Origin: Eledone cirrhosa
Taxonomy: Eukaryota
Assembly (NCBI GenBank): GCA_964016885.1
Contig: OZ024741.1
Coordinates: 272,242,001-272,306,000, forward strand
DNA length: 64,000 nt
Direction of reading: 5' to 3'
Shown here: one piece after another, positions 24,401 to 37,700 of the stretch
Numbering within the stretch: position 1 is the stretch's first letter
Layout of the letters: every line of letters begins with the position of its first letter
Notes under the pieces: model-generated
Told to the model about the DNA's origin: nothing
What the model saw: the letters and a program-made list of their open reading frames with translations, nothing else
Databases searched by the model: none
Position numbers and translations under genes: made by a program

Positions 24401-27400
24401 AGTGTCCATGTCATGGTGGCACCTTGGGTCTGTGTCTTTTTCTTCAGCCTCTGACTGTCCACTGTCATGGTGGCACCTTCAGTCTGTGTCTTGTACTTTA
24501 GCCTCTGACTGTTCACTGTCATGGTGGGACCTTGAGTCTGTGTCTTGTACTTTAGCCTCTGACTGTCCACTGTCATGGTGGCACCTTGAGTCTGTGTCTT
24601 CTACTTTAGCCTCTGACTGTCCACTGTCATGGTGGCACCTAGAGTCTGTGTCTTCTACTTTAGCCTCTGACTGTCCACTGTCATGGTGGCACCTTGAGTA
24701 TGTGTCTTGTACTCAAGCTTCTGACTGTCCACTGTCATGATGGCACCTTGAGTCTGTGTCTTGTACTTTAGCCTCTGACTGTCCAGTGTCTTGGTGGCAC
24801 CTTGCATCTGTCTTATACTTTAGCCTCTGACTGTCCACTGTCATGGTGGCACCTTGGGTCTGTCTTTTACTTTAGCCTCTTACTTGGTGGCACCTTTGGC
24901 CTTGTGTCTGTCTTTTACTTTAGCCTCTGACTGTCCAGTGTCTTGGTGGCACCTTGGGTCTGTATCTTGTACTTTAGCCTCTGACTGTCCACTGTCTTGG
25001 TGGCACCTTGCATCTGTCTTATACTTTAGCCTCTGATTGTCTTGGTGGCACCTTGGGTCTGTGTCTTTTACTTTAGCCTCTGACTGTCCAGTGTCTTGGT
25101 AGTACCTTGGGTCTGTGTCTTGTACTTTAGCCTCTGACTGTCCACTGTCATGGTGGTACCTTGGGTCTGTGTTTTTTACTTTAGCCTCTGACTCTCCACT
25201 CTCATGGTGGCACCTTGAGTCTGGTTCTTGTACTTTAGCCTCTGACTGTCCAGTGTCATGGTGGCACCTTGGGTCTGTGTCTTGTACTTTAGCCTCTGAC
25301 TGTCCACTGTCTTGGTGGCACCTTCAGTCTGTGTCTTGTACTTTAGCCTCTGACTCTCCACTGTCATGGTGGCACCTTGAGTCTGTGTCTTGTACTTTAG
25401 CCTCTGACTGTCCACTGTCATGGTGGCACCTTGGGTCTGGTTCTTGTACTTTAGCCTCTGAATCTCCAGTGTCATGGTGGCACCTTGAGTCTGTGTTTTG
25501 TACTTTAGCCTCTGACTGTTCACTATCATGATGGCACCTTGAGTCTGTGTCATGTACTTTAGCCTCTGACTGTCCACTGTCATGGTGGCATCTTGAGTCT
25601 GTGTTTTGTACTTTAGTCTATGACTGTCCACTGTCATGGTGGCACCCTGAGCCTGTGTCTTGTACTTTAGCCTCTGACTGTCCACTGTCATGGTGGGTCC
25701 TTGAATCTGTGTCTTGTACTTTAGCCTCTGACTGTCCACTATCATGGTGGCACCTTGAGTCTGTGTTTTGTACTTTAGCCTCTGACTGTTCACTGTCATG
25801 GTGGCACCTTGAGTCTGTGTCTTGTACTTTAGCCTCTGACTGTCCACTGTCATGGAGGCATCCTGAGTCTGTGTCTTGTACTTTAGTCTCTGACTGTCCA
25901 GTGTCTTGGTGGCACCTTGAGTCTGTGTCTTGTACTTTAGCCTCTGACTGTCCATTGTCTTGGTGGCACCTTGGGTCCGTGTCTTTTTCTTCAGCCTCTG
26001 ACTGCCCACTGTCATCGTGGCACCTTGGGTTTGTGTCTTTTTCTTCAGCCTCTGACTGTCCACTGTCTTGGTGGGACCTTGAGCCTGTGTCTTGTACTTT
26101 AGCCTCTGACTGTCCATTGTCTTGGTGGCACCTTGGGTCCGTGTCTTTTTCTTCAGCCTCTGACTGTCCAGTGTCTTGGTGGCACCTTGGGTCTGTGTCT
26201 TTTACTTTAGCCTCTGACTGTCCAGTGTCTTGGTGGCACCTTTTGTCTGTTTCTTTTACTTTAGCCTCTGACTGTCCTGTGTCTTGGTGGCAGCTTGGGT
26301 CTGTGTCTTGTACTTTAGCCTCTGACTGTCCACTGTCTTAGTGGCACTTTTCATCTGTCTTATACTTTAGCCTCTGACTGTCTTTGTGGCACCTTGGGTC
26401 TGTGTTGTTTACTTTAGCCTCTGACTGTCCACTGTCTTGGTGGTACCTTGGGTCTGTGTTTTTTACTTTAGCCTCTGACTCTCCACTCTCATGGTGGCAC
26501 CTTGAGTCTGGTTCTTGTACTTTAGCCTCTGACTGTCCAGTGTCATGGTGGCACCTTGGGTCTGTGTCTTGTACTTTAGCCTCTGACTGTCCACTGTCTT
26601 GGTGGCACCTTCAGTCTGTGTCTTGTACTTTAGCCTCTGACTCTCCACTGTCATGGTGGCACCTTGAGTCTGTGTCTTGTACTTTAGCCTCTGACTGTCC
26701 ACTGTCATGGTGGCACCTTGAGTCTGTGTCTTGTACTTTAGCCTCTGACTGTCCACTGACATGGTGGCACCTTCAGTCTGTGTCTTGTACTTTAGCCTCT
26801 GACTGTCCACTGTCATGGTGGCACCTTGAGTCTGTGTCTTGTACTTTAGCCTCTGACTGTCCAGTGTCTTGGTGGCACCTTGAGTCTGTGTCTTGTACTT
26901 TAGCTTCTGACTGTCCACTGTCATGGTGGCACCTTGAGTCTGTGTCTTTTACTTTAGCCTCTGACTATCCAGTTTCTTGGTGGCACCTTGAGTCTGTGTC
27001 TTGTACTTTAGCTTCTGACTGTCCACTGACATGGTGGCACCTTGGGTCTGTGTCTTTTACTTTAACCTCTGACTATCCAGTGTCTTGGTGGCACCTTGGG
27101 TCTCTGTCTTTTACTTTAGCCTCTTACTTGGTGGCACCTTTGGCCTTGTGTCTGTCTTTTACTTTAGCCTCTGACTGTCCAGTGTCTTGGTGGCACCTTG
27201 GGTCTGTATCTTGTACTTTAGCCTCTGACTGTCCACTGTCTTGGTGGGACCTTGCATCTGTCTTATACTTTAGCCTCTGACTGTCTTGGTGGCACCTTGG
27301 GTCTGTATCTTTTACTTCAGCCTCTGACTGTCCAGTGTCATGGTGGCACCTTGGGTCTGTGTCTTTTACTTTAACCTCTGACTATCCAGTGTCTTGGTGG

Positions 27401-30400
27401 CACCTTGAGTCTGTGTCTTGTACATTAGCTTCTGACTGTCCACTGTCATGGTGGCACCTTGAGTCTGTGTCTTGTACTTTAGCCTCTGACTGTCCAGTGT
27501 CTTGGTGGCACCTTGCATCTGTCTTATACTTTAGCCTCTGACTGTCCACTGTCATGGTGGCACCTTGAGTCTGTCTTTTACTTTAGCCTCTTACTTGGTG
27601 GCACCTTTGGCCTTGTGTCTGTCTTTTACTTTAGCCTCTGACTGTCCAGTGTCTTGGTGGCACCTTGGGTCTGTATCTTGTACTTTAGCCTCTGACTGTC
27701 CACTGTCTTGGTGGCACCTTGCATCTGTCTTATACTTTAGCCTCTGACTGTCTTGGTGGCACCTTGGGTCTGTATATTTTACTTTAGCCTCTGACTGTCC
27801 AGTGTCTTCGTGGCACCTTGGGTCTGTGTCTTTTACTTTAGCCTCTGACTGTCCAGTGTCTTGGTGGCACCTTGGGTCTGTGTCTTGTACTTCAGCCTCT
27901 GACTGTCCACTGTCATGGTGGTACCTTGGGTCTGTGTTTTTTACTTTAGCCTCTGACTCTCCACTGTCATGGTGGCACCTTGAGTCTGTGTCTTGTACTT
28001 TAGCCTCTGACTGTCCACTGTCATGGTGGCATCTTGAGTCTGTGTCTTGTACTTTAGTCTATGACTGTCCACTCTCATGGTGGCACCCTGAGTCTGTGTC
28101 TTGTACTTTAGCCTCTGACTGTCCACTGTCATGGTGGCAGCTTGAGTCTGTGTCTTGTACTTTAGCCTCTGACTGTCCACTGTCATGGTGGCACCTTGAG
28201 TCTGTGTCTTTTACTTTAGTCTCTGACTGTCCAGTGTCATGGTGGCACCTTGAGTCTGTGTTTTGTACTTTAGCCTCTGACTGTTCACTGTCTTGGTGGC
28301 ACCTTGAGCCTGTGTCTTGTACTTTAGCCTCTGACTGTCCACTGTCATGGTGGCATCTTGAGTCTGTGTCTTGTACTTTAGTCTGTGATTGTCCACTGTC
28401 ATGGTGGCACCTTGAGTCTGTGTCTTGTACTTTAGCCTCTGACTGTCCACTGTCATTGTGGGTCCTTGAATGTGTGTCTTGTACTTTAGCCTCTGACTGT
28501 CCACTGTCATGGTGGCACCTTGAGTCTGTGTCTTTTTCTTCAGCCTCTGACTGTCCACTGTCTTGGTGGTACCTTGAGTCTGTGTCTTGTACTTTAGCCT
28601 CTGACTGTCCACTGTCATGGTGGGTCCTTGAATCTGTGTCTTGTACTTTAGCCTCTGACTGTCCACTGTCATGGTGGCACCTTGAGTCTGTGTTTTGTAC
28701 TTTAGCCTCTGACTGTCCAGTGTCATGGTGGCACCTTGAGTCTGTGTTTTGTACTTTAGCCCCTGACTGTTCACTGTCATGGTGGCACCTTGAGTCTGTG
28801 TCTTGTACTTTAGCCTCTGACTGTCCACTGTCATGGTGGCACCTTGAGTCTGTCTTGTACTTTAGCCTCTGACTGTCCACTGTCTTGGTGGTACCTTGAG
28901 TCTGTGTCTTGTACTTTAGCCTCTGACTCTCCACTGTCATGGTGGCACCTTGAGTCTGTGTCTTGTACTTTAGACTCTGACTGTCCAGTGTCATGGTGGC
29001 ACCTTGAGTCTGGTTCTTGTACTTTAGCCTCTGACTGTCCACTGTTATGGTGGCACCTTGGGTCTGTGTCTTGTACTTTAGTCTCTGACTGTCCAGTGTC
29101 ATGGTGGCACCTTGAGGCTGTATCTTGTACTTTAGCCTCTGAGTGTCTATGTCATGGTGGCACCTTGGGTCTGTGTCTTTTTCTTCAGCCTCTGACTGTC
29201 CACTGTCATGGTGGCACCTTGAGTCTGTGTCTTGTACTTTAGCCTCTGACTGTCCACTGTCATGGTGGCACCTTGAGTCTGTGTCTTCTACTTTAGCCTA
29301 TGACTGTCCACTGTCATGGTGGCACCTTGAGTCTGTGTCTTCTACTTTAGCCTCTGACTGTCCACTGTCATGGTGGCACCTTGAGTATGTGTCTTGTACT
29401 CTAGCTTCTGACTGTCCACTGTCATGGTGGCACTTTGAGTCTGTGTCTTGTACTTTAGCCTCTGACTGTCCAGTGTCTTGGTGGCACCTTGGGTCTGTAT
29501 CTTGTACTTTAGCCTCTGACTGTCCACTGTCTTGGTGGCACCTTGCATCTGTCTTATACTTTAGCCTCTGACTGTCTTGGTGGCACCTTGGGTCTGTCTT
29601 ATACTTTAGCCTCTGACTGTCATGGTGGCACCTTGGGTCTGTGTCTTTTATTTAGCCTCTGACTGTCCAGTGTCTTGGTAGTACCTTGGGTCTGTGTCTT
29701 GTACTTTAGCCTCTGACTGTCCACTGTCATGGTGGTACCTTGGGTCTGTGTTTTTTACTTTAGCCTCTGACTCCCCACTCTCATGGTGGCACCTTGAGTC
29801 TGTGTCTTGTACTTTAGCCTCTGACTGTCCACTGTCATGGTGGCACCTTGGGTCTGGTTCTTGTACTTTAGCCTCTGACTGTCCAGTGTCATGGTGGCAC
29901 CTTGGGTCTGTGTCTTGTACTTTAGCCTCTGACTGTCCACTGTCTTGGTGGCACCTTCAGTCTGTGTCTTGTACTTTAGCCTCTGACTCTCCACTGTCAT
30001 GGTGGCACCTTGAGTCTGTGTCTTGTACTTTAGCCTCTGACTGTCCACTGTCATGGTGGCACCTTGGGTCTGGTTCTTGTACTTTAGCCTCTGACTGTCC
30101 ACTGTCTTGGTGGTACCTTGAGTCTGTGTCTTGTACTTTAGCCTCTGACTGTCCACTGTCTTGGTGGCACCTTGGGTCTGTGTCTTGTACTTTAGCCTCT
30201 GAATCTCCAGTGTCATGGTGGCACCTTGAGTCTGTGTTTTGTACTTTGGCCTCTGACTGTTCACTATCATGATGGCACCTTGAGTCTGTGTCATGTACTT
30301 TAGCCTCTAACTGTCCACTGTCATGTTGGACTCTTGAGTCTGTGTCTTGTACTTTAGTCTATGACTGTCCACTGTCATGGTGGCACCCTGAGCCTGTGTC

Positions 30401-33400
30401 TTGTACTTTAGCCTCTGACTGTCCACTGTCATGGTGGGTCCTTGAATCTGTGTCTTGTACTTTAGCCTCTGACTGTCCACTATCATGGTGGCACCTTGAG
30501 TCTGTGTTTTGTACTTTAGCCTCTGACTGTTCACTGTCATGGTGGCATCCTGAGTCTGTGTCTTGTACTTTAGTCTCTGACTGTCCAGTGTCTTGGTGGC
30601 ACCTTGAGTCTGTGTCTTGTACTTTAGCCTCTGACTGTCCATTGTCTTGGTGGCACCTTGGGTCCGTGTCTTTTTCTTCAGCCTCTGACTGCCCACTGTC
30701 ATCGTGGCACCTTGGGTTTGTGTCTTTTTCTTCAGCCTCTGACTGTCCACTGTCTTGGTGGGACCTTGAGCCTGTGTCTTGTACTTTAGCCTCTGACTGT
30801 CCATTGTCTTGGTGGCACCTTGGGTCCGTGTCTTTTTCTTCAGCCTCTGACTGTCCAGTGTCTTGGTGGCACCTTGGGTCTGTGTCTTTTACTTTAGCCT
30901 CTGACTGTCCAGTGTCTTGGTGGCACCTTTGGTCTGTTTCTTTTACTTTAGCCTCTGACTGTCCTGTGTCTTGGTGGCACCTTGGGTCTGTGTCTTGTAC
31001 TTTAGCCTCTGACTGTCCACTGTCTTAGTGGCACTTTTCATCTGTCTTATACTTTAGCCTCTGACTGTCTTTGTGGCACCTTGGGTCTGTGTTGTTTACT
31101 TTAGCCTCTGACTGTCCACTGTCTTGGTGGCTCCTTGGTCTGTCTTTTACTTTAGCCTCTGACTGTCCAGTGTTTTGGTGGCACCTTGGATCTGTGTCTT
31201 TTACTTTAGACTCCGACTGTCCAGTGTCTTGGTGGCACCTTGAGTCTGTGTCTTCTACTTTAGCCTCTGACTGTCCACTGTCATGGTGGCACCTTGAGTC
31301 TGTGTCTTCTACTTTAGCCTCTGACTGTCCACTGTCATGGTGGCACCTTGAGTATGTGTCTTGTACTTTAGCTTCTGACTGTCCACTGTCATGGTGGCAC
31401 CTTGAGTCTGTGTCTTGTACTTTAGCCTCTGACTGTCCAGTGTCTTGGTGGCACCTTGCATCTGTCTTATACTTTAGCCTCTGACTGTCCACTGTCATGG
31501 TGGCACCTTGGGTCTGTCTTTTACTTTAGCCTCTTACTTGGTGGCACCTTTGGCCTTGTGTCTGTCTTTTACTTTAGCCTCTGACTGTCCAGTGTCTTGG
31601 TGGCACCTTGGGTCTGTATCTTGTACTTTAGCCTCTGACTGTCCACTGTCTTGGTGGCACCTTGCATCTGTCTTATACTTTAGCCTCTGACTGTCTTGGT
31701 GGCACCTTGGGTCTGTGTCTTTTACTTTAGCCTCTGACTGTCCAGTGTCTTGGTAGTACCTTGGGTCTGTGTCTTGTACTTTAGCCTCTGACTGTCCACT
31801 GTCATGGTGGTACCTTGAGTCTGTGTCTTGTACTTTAGACTCTGACTGTCCATTGTAATGGTGGCACCTTGAGTCTATGTCTTGTACTTTAGCCTCTGAC
31901 TGTCCAGTGTCATGGTGGAACCTTGAGTCTGGTTCTTGTACTTTAGCCTCTGACTGTCCACTGTTATGGTGGCACCTTGGGTCTGTGTCTTGTACTTCAG
32001 CCTCTGACTGTCCAGTGTCATGGTGGCACCTTGAGGCTGTATCTTGTACTTTAGCCTCTGAGTGTCCATGTCATGGTGGCACCTTGGGTCTGTGTCTTTT
32101 TCTTCTGCCTCTGACTGTCCACTGTCATGGTGGCACCTTCAGTCTGTGTCTTGTACTTTAGCCTCTGACTGTCCACTGTCATGGTGGCACCTTGAGTCTG
32201 TGTCTTGTACTTTAGCCTCTGACTGTCCACTGTCATGGTGGCCCCTTGAGTCTGTGTCTTCTACTTTAGCCTCTGACTGTCCACTGTCATGGTGGCACCT
32301 TGAGTCTGTGTCTTCTACTTTAGCCTCTGACTGTCCACTGTCATGGTGGCACCTTGTATATGTGTCTTGTACTTTAGCTTCTGACTGTCCACTGTCATGG
32401 TGGCACCTTGAGTCTGTGTCTTGTACTTTAGCCTCTGACTGTCCAGTGTCTTGGTGGCACCTTGCATCTGTCTTATACTTTAGCCTCTGACTGTCCACTG
32501 TCATGGTGGCACCTTGAGTCTGTGTCTTCTACTTTAGCCTCTGACTGCCCACTGTCATGGTGGCACCTTGTATATGTGTCTTGTACTTTAGCCTCTGACT
32601 GTCCACTGTCATGGTGGCACCTTGAGTCTGTGTCTTGTACTTTAGCCTCTGACTGTCCACTGTCATGGTGGCCCCTTGAGTCTGTGTCTTCTACTTTAGC
32701 CTCTGACTGTCCACTGTCATGGTGGCACCTTGAGTCTGTGTCTTCTACTTTAGCCTCTGACTGTCCACTGTCATGGTGGCACCTTGTATATGTGTCTTGT
32801 ACTTTAGCTTCTGACTGTCCACTGTCATGGTGGTACCTTGGGTCTGTCTTTTACTTTAGCCTCTTACTTGGTGGCACCTTTGGCCTTGTGTCTGTCTTTT
32901 ACTTTAGCCTCTGACTGTCCAGTGTCTTGGTGGCACCTTGGGTCTGTATCTTGTACTTTAGCCTCTGACTGTCCAGTGTCTTTGTGGCACCTTGGGTCTG
33001 TGTCTTTTACTTTAGCCTCTGACTGTCCAGTGTCTTGGTGGCACCTTGGGTCTGTGTCTTGTACTTTAGCCTCTGACTGTCCACTGTCATGGTGGTACCT
33101 TGGGTCTGTGTTTTTTACTTTAGCCTCTGACTCTCCACTGTCATGGTGGCACCTTGAGTCTGTGTCTTGTACTTTAGCCTCTGACTGTCCACTGTCATGG
33201 TGGCATCTTGAGTCTGTGTCTTGTACTTTAGTCTATGACTGTCCACTGTCATGGTGGCACCCTGAGTCTGTGTCTTGTACTTTAGCCTCTGACTGTCCAC
33301 TGTCATGGTGGCAGCTTGAGTCTGTGTCTTGTACTTTAGCCTCTGACTGTCCACTGGCATGGTGGCACCTTGAGTCTGTGTCTTGTACTTTAGCCTCTGA

Positions 33401-34700
33401 CTCTCCACTGTCATGGTGGCACCTTGAGTCTGTGTCTTGTACTTTAGACTCTGACTGTCCAGTGTAATGGTGGCACCTTGAGTCTGTGTCTTGTACTTTA
33501 GCCTCTGACTGTCCAGTGTCATGGTGGCACCTTGAGTCTGGTTCTTGTACTTTAGCCTCTGACTGTCCACTGTCATGGTGGCACCTTGAGTCTGTGTTTT
33601 GTACTTTAGCCTCTGACTGTCCAGTGTCATGGTGGCACCTTGAGTCTGTGTTTTGTACTTTAGCCCCTGACTGTTCACTGTCATGGTGGCACCTTGAGTC
33701 TGTGTCTTGTACTTTAGCCTCTGACTGTCCACTGTCATGGTGGCACCTTGAGTCTGTCTTGTACTTTAGCCTCTGACTGTCCACTGTCTTGGTGGTACCT
33801 TGAGTCTGTGTCTTGTACTTTAGCCTCTGACTCTCCACTGTCATGGTGGCACCTTGAGTCTGTGTCTTGTACTTTAGACACTGACTGTCCAGTGTAATGG
33901 TGGCACCTTGAGTCTGTGTCTTGTACTTTAGCCTCTGACTGTCCAGTGTCATGGTGGCACCTTGAGTCTGGTTCTTGTACTTTAGCCTCTGACTGTCCAC
34001 TGTTATGGTGGCACCTTGGGTCTGTGTCTTGTACTTTAGCCTCTGACTGTCCATGTCATGGTGGCACCTTGGGTCTGTGTCTTTTTCTTCAGCCTCTGAC
34101 TGTCCACTGTCATGGTGGAACCTTCAGTCTGTGTCTTGTACTTTAGCCTCTGACTGTTCACTGTCATGGTGGGACCTTGAGTCTGTGTCTTGTACTTTAG
34201 CCTCTGACTGTCCACTGTCATGGCGGCACCTTGAGTCTGTGTCTTCTACTTTAGCCTCTGACTGTCCACTGTCATGGTGGCACCTTGAGTCTGTGTCTTC
34301 TACTTTAGCCTCTGACTGTCCACTGTCATGGTGGCACCTTGAGTATGTGTCTTGTACTCAAGCTTCTGACTGTCCACTGTCATGGTGGCACCTTGAGTCT
34401 GTGTCTTGTACTTTAGCCTCTGACTGTCCAGTGTCTTGGTGGCACCTTGCATCTGTCTTATACTTTAGCCTCTGACTGTCCACTGTCATGGTGGCACCTT
34501 GGGTCTGTCTTTTACTTTAGCCTCTTACTTGGTGGCACCTTTGGCCTTGTGTCTGTCTTTTACTTTAGCCTCTGACTGTCCAGTGTCTTGGTGGCATCTT
34601 GGGTCTGTATCTTGTACTTTAGCCTCTGACTGTCCACTGTCTTGGTGGCACCTTGCATCTGTCTTATACTTTAGCCTCTGACTGTCTTGGTGGCACCTTG
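17480..34700 (+). repeat. Older ~9-9.7 kb block duplication (~17.5-25.0 kb copied to ~26.4-34.7 kb) with monomer gains and losses
   Basis: Collinear ORF/variant pairs with a drifting offset: 17504/26463 (8,959), 18741/27802 (9,061), 20643/29694 (9,051), 21804/31071 (9,267), 23787/33486 (9,699), 24854/34499 (9,645). Confidence 0.8.
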
Positions 34701-37700
34701 GGTCTGTGTCTTTTACTTTAGCCTCTGACTGTCCACTGTCATGGTGGCACCTTGTGTATGTGTCTTGTACTTTAGCTTCTGACTGTCCACTGTCATGGTG
34801 GCACCTTGAGTCTGTGTCTTGTACTTTAGCCTCTGACTGTCCAGTGTCTTGGTGGCACCTTGCATCTGTCTTATACTTTAGCCTCTGACTGTCCACTGTC
34901 ATGGTGGCACCTTGGGTCTGTCTTTTACTTTAGCCTCTTACTTGGTGGCACCTTTGGCCTTGTGTCTGTCTTTTACTTTAGCCTCTGACTGTCCAGTGTC
35001 TTGGTGGCACCTTGGGTCTGTATCTTGTACTTTAGCCTCTGACTGTCCACTGTCTTGGTGGCACCTTGCATCTGTCTTATACTTTAGCCTCTGACTGTCT
35101 TGGTGGCACCTTGGGTCTGTATCTTTTACTTTAGCCTCTGACTGTCCAGTGTCTTTGTGGCACCTCTGGGTCTGTGTCTTGTACTTTAGCCTCTGACTGT
35201 CCACTGTCATGGTGGTACCTTGGGTCTGTGTTTTTTACTTTAGCCTCTGACTCTCCACTGTCATGGTGGCACCTTGAGTCTGTGTCTTGTACTTTAGCCT
35301 CTGACTGTCCACTGTCATGGTGGCATCTTGAGTCTGTGTCTTGTACTTTAGTCTATGACTGTCCACTGTCATGGTGGCACCCTGAGTCTGTGTCTTGTAC
35401 TTTAGCCTCTGACTGTCCACTGTCATGGTGGCAGCTTGAGTCTGTGTCTTGTACTTTAGCCTCTGACTGTCCACTGTCATGGTGGCACCTTGAGTCTGTG
35501 TCTTTTACTTTAGTCTCTGACTGTCCAGTGTCATGGTGGCACCTTGAGTCTGTGTTTTGTACTTTAGCCTCTGACTGTCCACTGTCATGGTGGGTCCTTG
35601 AATGTGTGTCTTGTACTTTAGCCTCTGACTGTCCACTGTCATGGTGGCACCTTGAGTCTGTGTCTTTTTCTTCAGCCTCTGACTGTCCACTGTCTTGGTG
35701 GTACCTTGAGTCCGTGTCTTGTACTTTAGCCTCTGACTGTCCACTGTCTTGGTGGTACCTTGAGTCTGTGTCCTGTACTTTAGCCTCTGACTCTCCACTG
35801 TCATGGTGGCACCTTGAGTCTGTGTCTTGTACTTTAGACTCTGACTGTCCAGTGTAATGGTGGCACCTTGAGTCTGTGTCTTGTACTTTAGCCTCTGACT
35901 GTCCAGTGTCATGGTGGCACCTTGAGTCTGGTTCTTGTACTTTAGCCTCTGACTGTCCACTGTTATGGTGGCACCTTGGGTCTGTGTCTTGTACTTTAGC
36001 CTCTGACTGTCCAGTGTCATGGTGGCACCTTGAGGCTGTATCTTGTACTTTAGCCTCTGAGTGTCCATGTCATGGTGGCACCTTGGGTCTGTGTCTTTTT
36101 CTTCAGCCTCTGACTGTCCACTGTCATGGTGGCACCTTCAGTCTGTGTCTTGTACTTTAGCCTCTGACTGTTCACTGTCATGGTGGCACCTTGAGTCTGT
36201 GTCTTGTACTTTAGCCTCTGACTGTCCACTGTCATGGTGGCACCTTGAGTCTGTGTCTTGTACTTTAGCCTCTGACTGTCCACTGTCATGGTGGCACCTT
36301 GAGTCTGTGTCTTCTACTTTAGCCTCTGACTGTCCACTGTCATGGTGGCACCTTGAGTCTGTGTCTTCTACTTTAGCCTCTGACTGTCCACTGTCATGGT
36401 GGCACCTTGAGTATGTGTCTTGTACTTTAGCTTCTGACTGTCCACTGTCATGGTGGCACCTTGAGTCTGTGTCTTGTACTTTAGCCTCTGACTGTCCAGT
36501 GTCTTGGTGGCACCTTGCATCTGTCTTATACTTTAGCCTCTGACTGTCCACTGTCATGGTGGCACCTTGGGTCTGTCTTTTACTTTAGCCTCTTACTTGG
36601 TGGCACCTTTGGCCTTGTGTCTGTCTTTTACTTTAGCCTCTGACTGTCCAGTGTCTTGGTGGCACCTTGGGTCTGTATCTTGTACTTTAGCCTCTGACTG
36701 TCCACTGTCTTGGTGGCACCTTGCATCTGTCTTATACTTTAGCCTCTGACTGTCTTGGTGGCACCTTGGGTCTGTGTCTTTTACTTTAGCCTCTGACTGT
36801 CCAGTGTCTTGGTAGTACCTTGGGTCTGTGTCTTGTACTTTAGCCTCTGACTGTCCACTGTCATGGTGGTACCTTGGGTCTGTGTCTTGTACTTTAGCCT
36901 CTGACTGTCCACTGTCTTGGTGGCACCTTCAGTCTGTGTCTTGTACTTTAGCCTCTGACTCTCCACTGTCATGGTGGCACCTTGAGTCTGTGTCTTGTAC
37001 TTTAGCCTCTGACTGTCCACTGTCATGGTGGCACCTTGGGTCTGGTTCTTGTACTTTAGCCTCTGAATATCCAGTGTCATGGTGGCACCTTGAGTCTGTG
37101 TTTTGTACTTTAGCCTCTGACTGTTCACTATCATGATGGCACCTTGAGTCTGTGTCTTGTACTTTAGCCTCTGACTGTCCACTGTCATGGTGGCATCTTG
37201 AGTCTGTGTCTTGTACTTTAGTCTATGACTGTCCACTGTCATGGTGGCACCCTGAGCCTGTGTCTTGTACTTTAGCCTCTGACTGTCCACTGTCATGGTG
37301 GGTCCTTGAATCTGTGTCTTGTACTTTAGCCTCTGACTGTCCACTATCATGGTGGCACCTTGAGTCTGTGTTTTGTACTTTAGCCTCTGACTGTTCACTG
37401 TCATGGTGGCACCTTGAGTCTGTGTCTTGTACTTTAGCCTCTGACTGTCCACTGTCATGGTGGCATCCTGAGTCTGTGTCTTGTACTTTAGTCTATGACT
37501 GTCCACTGTCATGGTGGCATCCTGAGTCTGTGTCTTGTACTTTAGTCTCTGACTGTCCAGTGTTTTGGTGGCACCTTGAGTCTGTGTCTTGTACTTTAGC
37601 CTCTGACTGTCCATTGTCTTGGTGGCACCTTGGGTCCGTGTCTTTTTCTTCAGCCTCTGACTGCCCACTGTCATCGTGGCACCTTGGGTTTGTGTCTTTT